A stretch of DNA of 64,000 nt from NCBI GenBank assembly GCA_973895155.1, contig OZ316891.1, positions 3,237,801-3,301,800 of the forward strand, given 5' to 3'. The translations under genes and the position numbers were made by a program. Positions within the stretch are counted from its first letter, which is position 1; every line of letters starts with the position of its first letter. This DNA comes from Marsupella aquatica. Its lineage: Eukaryota > Plantae > Marchantiophyta. The notes beneath the pieces were generated by a model. That model ran no database searches. It had not been told where the DNA came from and worked only from the letters and a program-made list of their open reading frames with translations. This document shows, one piece after another, positions 48,812-62,370 of the stretch.

Positions 48812-51362
48812 ATGGCTTCGATTCACAGCCAGGGATCCACGGAAAAAGATGTCGCGTTATCAACGTCTATAGTTGTAACACCATCTCAAATTCATGCCAT
48901 CAGCAACAGCAGCGACATCGACACAGCATTTAAGTACATTCAAAGTGCGTCGATTGAAGACATCAATGCCTCGACTGTGGACCTTGCAGCATTGCGGAGG
49001 AGAATCGACTTACGAATTATGCCAGTTTTGTTCCTTTGCGGTATGGTGCAATTTCTCGACAAAGTCAACATCAACGTACGTCAATCAAATCCATTCGCTT
49101 AGATTTACATACGTGACTCGTTCTTCGCAGACGAAATATCAATAACATACAACATCATAGGCCACCTTAAATTTCTTAATTGCGGAGAAAGAACATTACT
49201 CTAACCCACACTTGTGATGCTAGTACGCGGCCGTAATGGGCCTCAATCCCGATCTGCACCTCAGAGGCGATGAGTTCTCAAATGTATCTACTGCTTTCTA
49301 CATCGCATACCTGATCTTCGAAGTGCCAACAGGTAAGCAAATTATGTACTAGCTCACCACCTCAACTCGTTTCTCATTAACTGTTCGAGATCATGCCAAC
49401 TTATTGGATGTCTGGCCATTATTGATGTTACCGCAACAGGCTTGATTCTCCAGAAGCTCCCTGTGGGAAAATGGCTCGGCGGCAACTTGATGGTGTGGGG
49501 CATCGTAACAGCATGCACCGCTGCAACAACCAATTACACTACCCTCCTTGTGGTGAGAATCGTCCTGGGAGTCTGTGAAGCAGCCGTCGTGCCCTGCCTT
49601 TTACTGATCTCGTCGCAATGGTACACACGCAGCGAGCAATTTCCCCGATTCACGTTCTGGTGGTGCGGGCTCGCCTTCGGAAGTACTCTAGGTGGGATCA
49701 TATCGTTTGCGTTCCAGAATGTCGGCCCTGGGGCGAGTCTCGCGGGCTGGAGAATCATGTTCGTTATGCTTGGCGTTGTGACGGTGCTAGTCGGGGCGCT
49801 GGCTGCGTGGACGTTGCCAGACACGCCGATGACCGCGAAGTGGATGGACAAGGTAGAGAAAGTTGCGCTGCTGAACCACGTGAGTGAGAACCGGACGGGA
49901 ATTCAAAACCTTCGCTTCAAGCTGTCGCAAGTAGTGGAGCTGCTCCTCGATGTGCAGATGTGGCTGATCTTCATTATTTCAATCTTGGTACGTTTGTGAC
50001 GCTCCTTGGTGTGACTAAAGCAATCTACCATTGACTTGACGGTATCGTAGGCTCACTTTTAAGCATACGTCGCGCAATCAATTACGTGGCACAAACTGTC
50101 GATTAATTCAAGCTAGATGAGCGCAACGCAACTAAGGTCGTACCGACACAACTCATCTCTCTAGCTACTATCTCTCCCGGAAATGGCTGGTTGACCAGAC
50201 ATGGCGCTTCCAAATCGGACTTTCCTCGTCAAATTGATGTGGAAGTGCTGGACCTACTGCATGTCGACGCCGAGAGATTTGGTTGGAAGATATGTCGACC
50301 GAAACCGAGTTGAAGTCTCGATACTGGGGTTATTTCTTTTTATTGAGTCTCTCCTAGGATTTCTGTACTACTCTTTTCAGTCACGGCCATTAATAGGAAT
50401 GTGGCTCAAAGAACTTTCAAACGAAAACTGCATTTCTTCGTATGCAAATTTGAAACGAATCTTGAAGGAAAAGTAAATCAGTTACGCTCGATAGTTTGGC
50501 TATTGCGGAGCTTATATTTTAACAGACCGGCCAGGTGAAAAGAGATCAAGTAAGCAATCATCCTTTTGGAGAACTTGCAAACCATGAATACCACAGTACG
50601 TACTGACCCCGATACTGACAGTAGTGAGTTCCTTTTCCTGAGTACGAAATTGCCATCTCACCTGATTGACCAAAAATGTTTTGTTCTGACCAACTTTTCT
50701 GTTCTCTTGAACAACAGATCACCATCTCCTCCGGCATCATCCTAAGTTACTCCTCCACCATCATCCGCAACTTCGGGTATACGGCCAAGCATGCCACCCT
50801 GCTTAGCTTGCCATCAGGAGCCGTCTCCCTTCTTGCCAGTATCATCGTTTCCTACGGCTTAACCTATATCACCAAAGGCCACCGCTGGTTGTGGATCGTC
50901 GCCTGCTGCATCTGTGGCATCATAGCGGGTACCCTTCTGTCCTTCTCCCCATCCTCTAACAGGGCAGCCTTGCTGGCAGGCATCTATCTCGTCAACAGCA
51001 TCACACCGTCTGGAATCCTTTTTTATCAGATGGTCATGACGAATGTGGCCGGAAACACTAAACGAAGTTTTGCGAGCGCAATGATTGCAGCGAGTACTGC
51101 CGTGGGGAATATAATTGGCCCACAGACTTTCCGGGCGCAGGACGCCCCCGAGTATCATACTGCAAAAATCGTTTTCCTTGCAACGCAGGCTGCTGCCGGC
51201 ACTTTGACAATCGTGCTCTTCAGTTATTACGTGTGGGCGAATAGGCAGAAAGAGCGTCAACAGAAGAACTTGGTGAGTGAGGGGGTGGAGATCAATTCTC
51301 TGGAGGACACATGGGGAAATCTCACAGATAAGGAAAACGTTGAGTTTAGATACGCTTATTGA
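48812..51362 (+). CDS. MFS transporter, fungal Dal5/allantoate-permease family, copy 3; exons 48812-49075, 49224-49332, 49440-49987, 50718-51362 (521 aa)
   Basis: Same exon structure and motifs as copy 1 (RRIDLRIMPVL, NVAGNTKR, GNIIGPQTF, LTDKENVEFRYAY); continuous 1566-nt spliced frame. Confidence 0.92.
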
Positions 51363-54300
51363 GATTATGGTACGAGAAGAAATGTCTAGAGGGCTGTGGT
51401 GATTCTACGGCGGTGTAGACCGTGACTTTCGGCGTGAATCAAGAGCTCTATATTGATCTATTTGCTATTATTGAACATACTGATCAATTTTTTGGTCTGA
51501 AATTGACTCGAATTACGGCCTTGGCTCGTTGCTTGAAATGATCGAATGCTACAATGGAAGTCGCTGTGGATGCAGCTCTCTGGGTAGTCTATGCCTTAAT
51601 TCTTTCATAAGAATTAGTTCTATACAGCTGTACGAGACATCACTTCCTAAATTGATAAATTTAGATTCGATCAAATTGAAAAACTTCGATTTGACGTAGG
51701 TTGCTTGCCAGTCGAGCTTGCCAGCCACACCTACGTTCATTACTTAGTGGGAATCCAAGTGTCAAGTCGCGATTCGACGTCACTAACCATCCTGGATAGA
51801 CTTTTCCCCCTCCCCTGTTCCATCGCGGGCCATGGCTTTGGTCCCGGGAGCACCATTTTTTGGCAGGTCACCTCTAAGCCCCCCGCTCGACAAACTCTCG
51901 ACGTTGGCCTGCCCTCTCATGAAACCCCGGTAATTTTTTGGCCCCTCCCAAATTCTCGACGTTTTGCACAGGAAAGATTGTGAATTTTCTCAAATAGAGA
52001 TCTCCAAAAGCGCACGGGGAGATTGAGTGAGGCACAACTTCACTCTCGTCAAGCTCTTCATCGTTTGCACTGCGATGATCCACACAAATCCGAGATCTTC
52101 CATCTATCTTGAATTAAGTTGTCCCCATCAACTACTCTCACTGTTGAACCTTAGAAACCCTTCTTCGATCAAGCAAACCAGGTGAAGTCTAACCAATCCC
52201 TTCTTCATGTTGGCTGTTCACTTACATTTCTTTAGCCGACAAAGATCGATGCGGAACAGAGTCTAAGAGCTGGGAAACTCGACAAATAGTCGTTTTCTAG
52301 ATTGACCTGAACCTTGGAGATCTCTGAAACATCACATTCACATCATGTGCGACAAAGAATATGGTAGGCTTATGAGACTTGGAAAAGTGTGGAAGACCAA
52401 TATGCTCTATTAAATCCAGTTTTGAAATTTATAAGAAAAGATAGTATTTTCAAACCCAAAAAAATAGAATTTCCTGAGAATAAAAAGTATTCTTCCAATA
52501 CATACTGAACCCAATGTTTCTGCCTGTGTATTTTCTTGTACTAGACATTCGTTCAGAGCCGAGACAGTTGTCCAGTCTTTGTATTTTCTATTGCTCATGT
52601 ATATAAAATAGCCGCACTGGACATTAGTTTAGTCTAGTCTTAGTATTTTGTACTACCTGACTTCCTTTCCCCTGTATACTAGGGAACGACTACCCTCTCA
52701 GATACATGTTTTTAAGTGTTTGGATCCCATTACTCTTACTTCATTTTGTTCAGTCATTTAGCAAGTCCTTGGCAAACTGTACCGGCATCGGACCGATCTA
52801 AGGGGCCTGGTCTCTTTTTCTTTTCTGTGTCTGAGATGCAGCCATAGCCATTCAACTGGGACAAAGCCAAACTTCACTTTTTCAATGGACCTCACCTTGC
52901 AATGGGTGAACACTGACCATTTGTGCCCCATAGTTCTTGTCAAGCCGACCTACTTAATTTGTTTGGCCAGCTTCACTAAATTGGTCCTGTTTTGGTTCTG
53001 GAGTTAAAAGATGAGATATGCAGGGTCTCTTCAAGGAATTCTTCTGGCCATCTCAACTGTTGAGTTCATAACTCATATGGTATTCCTTAGTACTGCATGA
53101 GGTACTGTAATAGGGTGTCTCAAAGTTTGTTTCACTCGAGAGCAATCCAGGCTGCTGACTTCCAGAAAACAAGTCCAAAAGCTGGATCCTGCATTTTGGG
53201 TAAGAGTAAGCACCAGAGGGGGGGTAACTTTGAGAAGTGTTGTAAAAGCTGTAGAAGTAACAGAAGATCCGAGTTCTGCAGTTCACAAAAAAGCCAGGCA
53301 AAAAAAAGTGCAGTCACAATGTAGTGCAACGCACATTTTGGGTCCACATCGTGCACAGTTCCGCATCTTCTAAAGTCTGAGACACCCTAGTGTGTCTCAC
53401 ATAAAAATATATGCCGGTTTTGGGTAATATCTACTGTAGCTTTGGTGAAATCTTCCTCAAGTAAATGGTAACCGGCTTGAGAAACTCTCGATTATGACAG
53501 AAACAAACAAGTATCAGGCCATGCACAAACCGGAAAATGTCAGGATCCAATAAGGCTAAGAGCTTCACAATCCGGTTTGCTGAATGACCGATTTGCCGAA
53601 CCTTTTCCTTCAATACCGCTGTTTCGCGGATCCGACCATTTACTGTAGAAGACAATCGTTATTCGTTTCGAAGTTTGAACTGATGTGGTTGTCGATTTGC
53701 TGTTCAAGAAAAGCGATTGAATCCAACCAACGTATTCGGTGTGGTCACGTGGGAGCACAGATTTGGATATGGTCGGGCAATAACTGCTTCCAAAGTTTCT
53801 ACGAGAAAGCTGTGGCTAATGTAGCTTCAATGCAATTTTGAATTTCAAGACAAACAGTGCAGAATGATACAGTGGAGCATCCAGTCCAGTCCCGCAGCGC
53901 AGGATGCTGCTGTAGTCGCGCGGCTTGGTCTGAGTGGCAGAAAGATAAAGTGTGAAAAAGTGGCCGAGTGTTTGTATGCGAGATCGTCATCAGCGTGGGA
54001 ATTTGGGGAGTGGCTGTAAGTTACTAATGATGCTGAGGTTCCCATTCGTCCACGGCATCCATGTGGGTTGCAACTTCCAGCAACCAACATGTTTTGGAGC
54101 ATACAATCATGTGCTGTTATAGAGCTCTCGATTTGGAAAAAAAAAAGCATGCCTCGTGGATCCGAGGCATAAGCAAATAATACCGTCCGTGGGAAGCAAG
54201 AATCGAAGGGACGAACCAAAGTGCCAACCACTAAGAGAGTGAATCAGAGAGAGACACAGGAGAAGAACAGGGCTGTGAAGACCCACCAGATTGCGCGCAT

Positions 54301-55164
54301 TAGGCCGTGACTTCGAATACAGCTTTGTTCTCCTCTCTTTGTGGATTGTTTGCTTGGCCCGAAGCGCAGTGCATTCGTTGTTGTTCTCGGAATTGGTAGA
54401 GTGAGGAAGAAGGGCGGACGGACGAGCTGCAGCAAGAACTGGTGCGGAGCGAGGGAAGAAAGAGACGAGGGAGGATGATTTGGTACCGTAGCTGTCAATG
54501 TGAGTTGGTGGGAGAGCAAGACTCGCTGCTTTAGCTGTCGAGGTGGTGGTGGGCTCACCTAAGTGGCTCGGGAGAAACAGATGAGAGTACGAGAAGAAAA
54601 ACAGAGAATCGGGATCGGAAGTTGCTGTGCGAGGGAGAATTGGTGACACGGGGGGAGGAAGGATTACTTAACTCAAGATTTGATAAGCGGAAATGATTAC
54701 TTCTGAATGACTGGAGAAACGGAATTTATGACAGGGGAAAGGAGCAGGGATAGGCTACCAAGAGGAATGCCACATCCTGTGATTGAGTAAAAGGAGATCT
54801 TAAAATGCTGGCATACACGGGATGGTGGTGGTAATGTAGGCAAGAGAAAGAGGATGTTGAAGTGATGACAGTGTTGGGAGACTGCAGGTGTCAGAAATGC
54901 TATTGAGGGGCTCGGCTGAGTGAGGAGCACAGGGTAAGTGATAATAGAAACAGGGATTATTGGAAGATAGGAAGCTGTAATTACGTCTCAAACGGTCCAA
55001 GATCAGGGAGGAGGGGTGAGGATGTGGGGCTCGTATGGAATTGAGGGTTGACAGGTTTGTGCACGAATTTTAAGTGGGCATGGCAACAGATGCGATTAAA
55101 TTTTACCATGCTCTGCAAATAAAACTCGGAAACTTTCTCGGGAGTGGAGGAGCACCACGAGGGG

Positions 55165-58100
55165 ATGTTGCGGCAGAGTGAGAACATTGTGCATCGGCTC
55201 TTCAATCGGGAAATTACCCGCCCTCGGCCCAACACTCATGTATACTTTCTGTCTTTCCCATTCAATCTTCTTTTCAGCAGTGTTTCTATTTCACTGAAAA
55301 TACGACAATGTTCACTTGCCGATAAGTTCTAATCACGCTGGCTCGCTGAGAGGCAAGTCTTACGGATTGGACTGATTGATGGTTGGTTTGTCTCCTCATG
55401 TCTTTGATTTCTTGAAGCGATTTGTTCCAGTTTCCCCTGGATCCCAGGATTTGTTGTACATAGATTGGGCCGTTGTTCTGTTAAGCTCAAATTTAATAAA
55501 ATTCCTTAGTCCTCACCGGTTTTTAGATTACCTTCACCTTAAGGTATTTCTCTGGGATGTCCTGGATCAGCTCTGTCGTGCATCCACTCTTTTTGGGGTA
55601 GTCTGGGTTGTAATGAAATGGTTCAAAGCTCCTCTAGCTGCCACCAGTTCACCTGAGTTCTTCCCTGGAACTGAAAATTTTGTGCACTCTAGGTTTCACA
55701 GACGTTGCCCAGCAGATATTGGCTAATCAGGTAAGGTTCCACCCCTAATGAGTTTGGTTTTTACTCTCCTGACTTTATGCTCGACAGATTCATCAAGCGA
55801 GGACGTTGTACGAGAATATTGTTCCGAGTCACACCAGCTATGATATTGAATCTCCTGACCAGACTATTCGAAAGTTCACTAATGATGGCCAAAGCAGATC
55901 AGAAACTGGCCATCATTAGTGAACTCAAGATCTCATTGTATATAGACACAAGTGGCTGAACTTCTGTGTCAAGGGTGAAGATTCTGATCTACTGTGGGAC
56001 TTGCCACCAGAAACAAAAAGATTCGATAGCCACTTTTCTCTGTTGTACACGATTTCTTTGGCTACGGGTACAGAAGCTATCTGTGAGGATTTCTTCCTCT
56101 CTACTGAGAACGGCCTCTATGGCATTTTTGCAACATCAACGTCCCTGTCAATTATATCCCGGCCACAGATGGTGCCGTGCCCGGGGTACCCTCGATTGAG
56201 ACGACAACGATTTTTATTATCAGGTTGGCTATTCAATCACTGTTTGACTAGAGCTTATTTCCGCTATCGTGAGTAGAAATTTAGCTGAGTGGTCCATCTC
56301 CCTGTTATGGGCGTTGTGAAAATGAAATGTTGGACCAGACTTTTGCTGACAGGTTAAGTAGTCTCATCCCCTGGATCCTTGGAATCTCAAGATTTGCTGT
56401 TCATAATCACGTGCTCATTGAAATTGTTGTGGAGATGGAAAGACGTCATCAGTCAATTCCTCCTGCACATTGTGAGGTTTGTTTCTCAGCATCGTCTGGT
56501 TCGTATCTCTCATCATTCCTTGGATTTTTCCGAGCTTTTTGTGGTTGCCTTCGCAGTTTAGCAGAGGGACATATCACCGATGAACGATCTTATCGCGATG
56601 ACTTTATCCACTTGGCCCACAACATGGGGGTCTTCTTGTACGATGATCTGTTGGCAGTTTTATCGATCCGCTTCCAGTGCATCCGAATACTTCAGATTCG
56701 AGAGACAGGGAGGTTTGTCGACGTTCGGACAATTGGAAAACAATGCCGGGAGGACGATGAGCTTGTCCTCAACTCACAAGCCCAGGTACTCTCGTTGCTC
56801 TGATATTTCGCTGTCGCTCCGAGCACCACCCACGAAAATCCGTCTCCTGTTCGCTTGCACTGAACATCGACTTCCTTTTCGATGCAATATCTTGGTCTGC
56901 ACTGCACTTCAGTGCGTTTTATGAGCGTTCTGGATATGGACTTGCCTTTCCCTGGGGGGTTGGTAATGCAGGGTGATCAGTTGAGTCCTTTGGCGAGTAG
57001 ATTTTATCTCTCTGCGCTCAGTGGGGTAGAAAAAATTTGAGGCCTTCTCTGAGTGGATATTATTATATAAGTACCACGGTAACACCACCGATATGTTGCC
57101 GTTGCGTGGGTGATAATCTAAAATGCGGTATGTTGGACTCGATGGAAGTTTAGATTGTGGGTAATTCATTTTGGTGGGGCTAACAGGAAGTCTTATCCGT
57201 TGTGCAGGAGGAAGAGTCATATCATAAGCAACAGGCCTCCCTGAGAAAGGCTGGAGGACTTTCCCAGCATGATGCCTCAGTCTCTGGGAAATTCGTCGAG
57301 CAAGGAAAGCCTTGGCCTCCCCTATGGAATCAGAAGCGACGACAGTCAACCACACGCAAGCGAAATGGGAAGCAGGCACTATCGTCTGCTCATGGCACGA
57401 ACGGTGCCGCTTCTGACCTTGGACTACGCTTGGAGAATGGTCATGGTTATGGAGACAGAGCTGATACGGAAGCCAATGGCAATCACAATGATATTCAAGT
57501 AACTGATTTAGATTTGCAGTATGAAAACTATTTCAGACGGTTACTCCCAACTGTGCAGGATACTGCTGTCAACGAAATAGATGGTCACGTGGCCAGTAAT
57601 GGTTATGAATCCACCTTCAACGCACAAGGTGCTATGAATTTGAGTAGACAACGGAGTGGAATAGGACTCCCAGGCTTGAATTCTCGCTCCCTAGCCGCAT
57701 TGAGTAATGGAGGTGGTGACGCACAGCAAAATGATATAGGTAGTGGTCAATTCTCTGCAGAGAGGACAAGAACCCCGCTACAAACTCCTGCATGGAGGCA
57801 TAACAGTGGAGGTGTGGAACTCAGGACTGCAGATGCTACCATTGAGTCTGTCCATAATAGCGTGAGGACTGGTCGAAACTCTGAAGGGTCTACCAGTGAA
57901 AGTGGAGGTCAATACTCATCAGCAGGACCATCCCGTCATAGGCGATCTTACACTAGTACCACTGGATCCAGCTTAGATAGACACACCAGCGGGAGGGGGA
58001 GCTCGTCAGCAAGTACCAGCAGTAGTGTTAGTCGCGATGTTAGCTTCTCGGAAGTGAGTATGACTTACGGTAATGGACGTGCTGGAGCTAATGGATCTGT

Positions 58101-61100
58101 CAGTGTCCGTTGCGACATTGTTGAATATGTTGTAAGTAGTCGGATGGAAGCAGCTGGGACGGTAACTACCCAACAGATCCCTTCTGAGGAGCAGTGTCCT
58201 GTACCAAGTAGCTCTTCTCAAGGTCCTAGTGAGAGAGGCCCTAGTGAGAGAAGAAGTTCCGACAGTAATTTGAGGGAGAATGGGCATTCTCATGTGAATA
58301 CACACGAGCCAAACTCAGATGATCGCACCTTACCTTTAAGACCTGCAGGGAGGAGTTACTCATTCACAAACAGGGCTGATGGTCAAATCGGGGCTGCGAG
58401 GCTAGCACAAATATCTGTTAGGGAGGGTAACAACGATGGGAACAGAGGCAGGCCTCCACGTGATGGTGGAAATGGTGCAGATGGCACGGTACAAAGGAAT
58501 CGTCCAATTGACGATTTGGCCACTGACAGAAATGAAGGAGGAACACATATGTTGGGTGGAATCAAACAACGGCTGCTCTCGTTCATTTACCAGATTATTG
58601 TGAATGAAGAAATCAGCCCCCTCGCCGTGAGTTTAGCTTTCCTCTTTTGACAGGAATTTATTTCCCTTTCGAGAGTCTATATGAAAGGTTTTCATGTCTG
58701 CATTTTCCGCGTTAGACAAAGTGATTTTACTTTAATTTTAATGAAAAGTGCTAAGTGTGAGTAGTGTCTACTTTTGTCAAAGAAGAGGATAGATTGGTTA
58801 TTATAAGTGATGCTGAACAGGGTGACAAACCGTACGCCGGAAGTGATCAAAAACATCTTGTTAGGTAGTTTATTGCCAGTGAGGCTGACGACTTAGAGTG
58901 AGGCACGAATCTTTGGCCCGTCTGAAAGAATGTTGTGCGTTGTTAATGACGACAGAAAGCAAAGAAACTGAAGCGGTTCTATTATCACTTCCCGCACTAT
59001 GTTGACTTGGTTATATGGAAGGTACCGTACATGCATTTGTTGTGATAATTTATCTTTGGCCAACTTTACTAGTCCGAGCATGCGAGATTGGGATTGTGAA
59101 AGACTCTTAGACAATGGCTGCCGCAATCATTGAAGCTTGATTTAGATTGATGGATAACTCGGGTTTTCTTTAATATCGTGTCTTTCGCCCCTGCTTTCAC
59201 GATCGATGACACTCTGTTAATCTAATGGAAGGCAATTTAAATTTGTGATTTGTCTGGCTGTCAACCACGCCTAAATTTGTGTTGACACCATCGCTGCTTT
59301 TGTTTCGCAATCTACGTGAGAGTCATTTTTGGTTGCATCATCTGATTTGCAGGTTCAATTTCTTGATCGATACCATCTCTTGATCAAATATGGAAGTGTT
59401 GATGGGATGGTATTTCGTAGCTCCTCCACTTCAAATTTTGCCAATTGTAGCAAGGCCAGAACTCCGTGCCAGTGAATTATCTCTACTGGTGGTAAATGTG
59501 TATTGGTTGTCACTGAGGTCTCTAAGGTGTTCCAAAATTGCTATGAAGGGTAATCAGCAATCTCGTTGTATCTTGTGATGGCTTGAGCAGTTGCAGAGAA
59601 ATCCAGAGACATCTTACCAGGCGGCGTTCTTTGCCATTTTCAATTTGGAGACAACTGAGATACTGGGCTTCTATAAGGTAATGAGCTCATGGACAGATGA
59701 ATTACCTCGTTAGGTTTGGTTGTGTTCTAAGGACCGGAGATAAGTAATACTTGGATATCGTATTGCAGAACTCGACAGAAGAAATTCTTCTTTCTTTCGA
59801 GCAACTTTGTGATCATTTCCGAGTAGCAGCTCGGTATCCCTTGTACATGAACTTCATTTCCTCCTACTCCAACAACTCTCATGTTCGTGAGCAACTTCGA
59901 CAGCAGCGGATGGCATGTAGCAGTGGCAAGACAGGGAACTATTTGCAGGTGACGATTCGTTTAATAGAAGTATTCCTTTGACGTGCATTGATGATAATCA
60001 GGATTCAACTGTATCGTGAGAACACTACTTTGCCAAGGGAATATGGTTCCGACTAGATGCGACATCTAATGGCCAATAGGGAATATGTTTTGGTAGGTTT
60101 TGATGGCTTACATTTCCTCACTTTGGCTAGTTTCTGTTCATTGTTCTTTCCTTAACCTCGAGTAGGGCTCCCGTGTGGACAATAATCAATTGATTGACAC
60201 ATCTGTTTTGTGCTCGTTTTTGGTTCTTAACACATAATGCCTCCTTTCTTGCAGTTTGTGAAGAAGACTCTGGCTTGGATACCCTTTGATTCGCAATGCT
60301 ACAGCCCCTCTGCATACTATGACCAGTCTCTCTTTCACTATGATGAGGAGGTTGAATTTTCAAGTCATATGACCACCAGAAAATATTTCTTTCTAAGACT
60401 TCCATTTGAGTCGTGCAATGCGGTGCCATTGAATTACTTATTCGAAGGATAGCGAGATTTTACTGCAATGTCACAATTCTGACTTAAAATTAGTAAAGTT
60501 ACTGTAACGGTCCTGCATTTCAGCCTTCAATGTAGGACTATTTGAGCCATTGATTTTACAAGCCATAGTATTCTGATGATTAAAATAAATTAGGTTATGA
60601 TCTGGTAATTTTGCATCAAAACCATGGCCATGGTCTGTGTTTGATGTTCTACTTGAAAACTTATTTGTGGTAGTGTTGTTCATGTGTGCAGCTGATCTCT
60701 GCCATTGATCGGCACAAGTCGTGTGTGGAGCATCCAGTTAAATTCATCTCGAGACGGAGGCCAAACTGTTTGAAGTTTAAACTAAACCCTGGTGAGTTCA
60801 AGAGTTAATCGATCATGTGGTTGTTCAGCCTAGTATCTAGCTATTGGACTCTTGTAAAGTTGATCGCTTCTGCAATTCGTGAGGCCATAGAAAATCAAAG
60901 GCTAGTTCTTTTGTACGAAAACTTATTTTCTTTCCTTGCGGTTTTGCCTCTGGTAATTTGTTCAGGGTCAAACATCAGATTGGTTTGGAAGTCTCATTTC
61001 GACTGTTTGTATGTGAAAATGTTGGATGTCAAGAGGAACCTCAGGCTTTTTTGCTCTGTGGTCTTCCTGGGTCTTTCCTTTGTTTTCCCCCCTTCATTTT

Positions 61101-61475
61101 GGTCTCCTGCCTATGGGATCCTGACTCCAAGTTAGGTGCTGTTTGTTCTTCACACATTCACTTCTTCCTATGTTAATTTAACGAGCACAAGCCTCTACCA
61201 TTTTGCTATCGACATCCTCATTCACCAACCGCCCAACCCAGATAAAACCTCCCCTAGATAATTTATTACCAACCTGCCCTGTTCTATTTAATAGTAGATA
61301 GATGGGGAAGGTTTTGACATTTTCCATTTGAATTGCAGGCCCTGAGCATGGTGCACGTGACGGTCGAACGAAACGTGTGGCATCATTCATATTTCACCCA
61401 ATTTTCCCATTTGCTATATCTATTCAACAGTCATTCATGCAAGCATCCGTCATCAACTTCCACTTTAGAAAGTAG
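55165..61475 (+). pseudogene. DET1: DE-ETIOLATED 1 homolog, 11 coding exons; exon 2 disrupted in this sequence (two stops and a frameshift)
   Basis: Exons translate to NIVHRLFNREI; LYENIVPSHTSYDIESPDQTIRKFTNDGQ..QDLIVYR; DDFIHLAHNMGVFLYDDLLAVLSIRFQ..CREDDEL; LGGIKQRLLSFIY; KRFYYHF..LVIWK; VQFLDRYHLLIKYGSVDG; AFFAIFNLETTEI; FISSYSNN; SPSAYYDQSLFHYDE; LISAIDRHK..HPVKF; and terminal SFIFHPIFPFAISIQQ..VINFHFRK*. Exon starts ~55165, 55788, 56557, 57208, 58955, 59353, 59591, 59769, 60254, 60693, 61339. Confidence 0.93.
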
Positions 61476-61799
61476 ATCCTTCCTAACATTAGTTTTCGAG
61501 GAATGTTAAATTGATCCCACACGTATACTATATTCACTCGGATCAGTAATCGTCCATTGATTTAACATACACACCTTCAAATCCTGAAACGTAAGCATCT
61601 TGGGGTGGTTTTAGTGATATGACTTGAATTTAAGAAATCCCTCGGGTGTATTTAACATTCCATTTTTTCTTTGGTGCCACTCAGTCTAATATGTTGGTTG
61701 GTGAAGGCACATACAATAACAGCGTCAACTAAATCATTTTCAATGGTGAACTGAATTTATTTGCCCAGTTTCTGGTGCGGGCATTACTTATGTAGGAGG

Positions 61800-62370
61800 G
61801 TATACGGAACGCCCCAGAGAATGAGGGCTTCAGCTCAATTTTTGACAGGCTATTATTGCCCATATTGCCCTCTTAATAGGTAACAGGGTGTTAATACTCC
61901 TATAGGACTAAGAAATTGTTACCTTTGCAGTTTATAGTAAAGGTAGTCAGTAAAGGTAGTCAGAGGAGAACTTTCATTTTTCCCAAATCCAAATTTGGAC
62001 TGCGCATACTTCTTAATTGGACCGGTAAGTTGTGTTCTTGCCCATAGATGGTGCGGGTATGAAGTATTCCAAAAACAATTGCACCAAACATCTATTCTTG
62101 TTGCCACCTTTGTCTGGACTGTGGATTTGTTCTTAGTTGTGAAAAATTCCACTATTTGTCTATTGGTTAGAAACACAAACCATCTCAATTTGCATGAAAG
62201 TTGACATTGTCATCTAAGTCTCCAGATGGAGAAAAAGAACTGGGAATAGTAGGAGTAATTTATCCCTTGCACTGAGTAATGTGTACTAACTCCTTACTAG
62301 GGCACTAAGGGCAATAATAGCACCTAAAAACTTGGGTTTTATGCTGTTGTTTTGGGGGGCACTACAACCC
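61800..62370. mobile_element. Degenerate foldback/MITE-like element
   Basis: GCTATTATTGCCC..TGCCC (~61850) is inverted relative to GGGCA..GGGCAATAATAGC (~62300-62321). No clear TSD. Confidence 0.4.

Noticed and set aside
57202-58650. Stand-alone 482-aa gene
   Set aside because: It is exon 4 of DET1, with splice sites at 57207 and 58627.
60815-61176. Final DET1 exon or small ORFs
   Set aside because: No DET1 similarity; the true last exon is 61339-61475.
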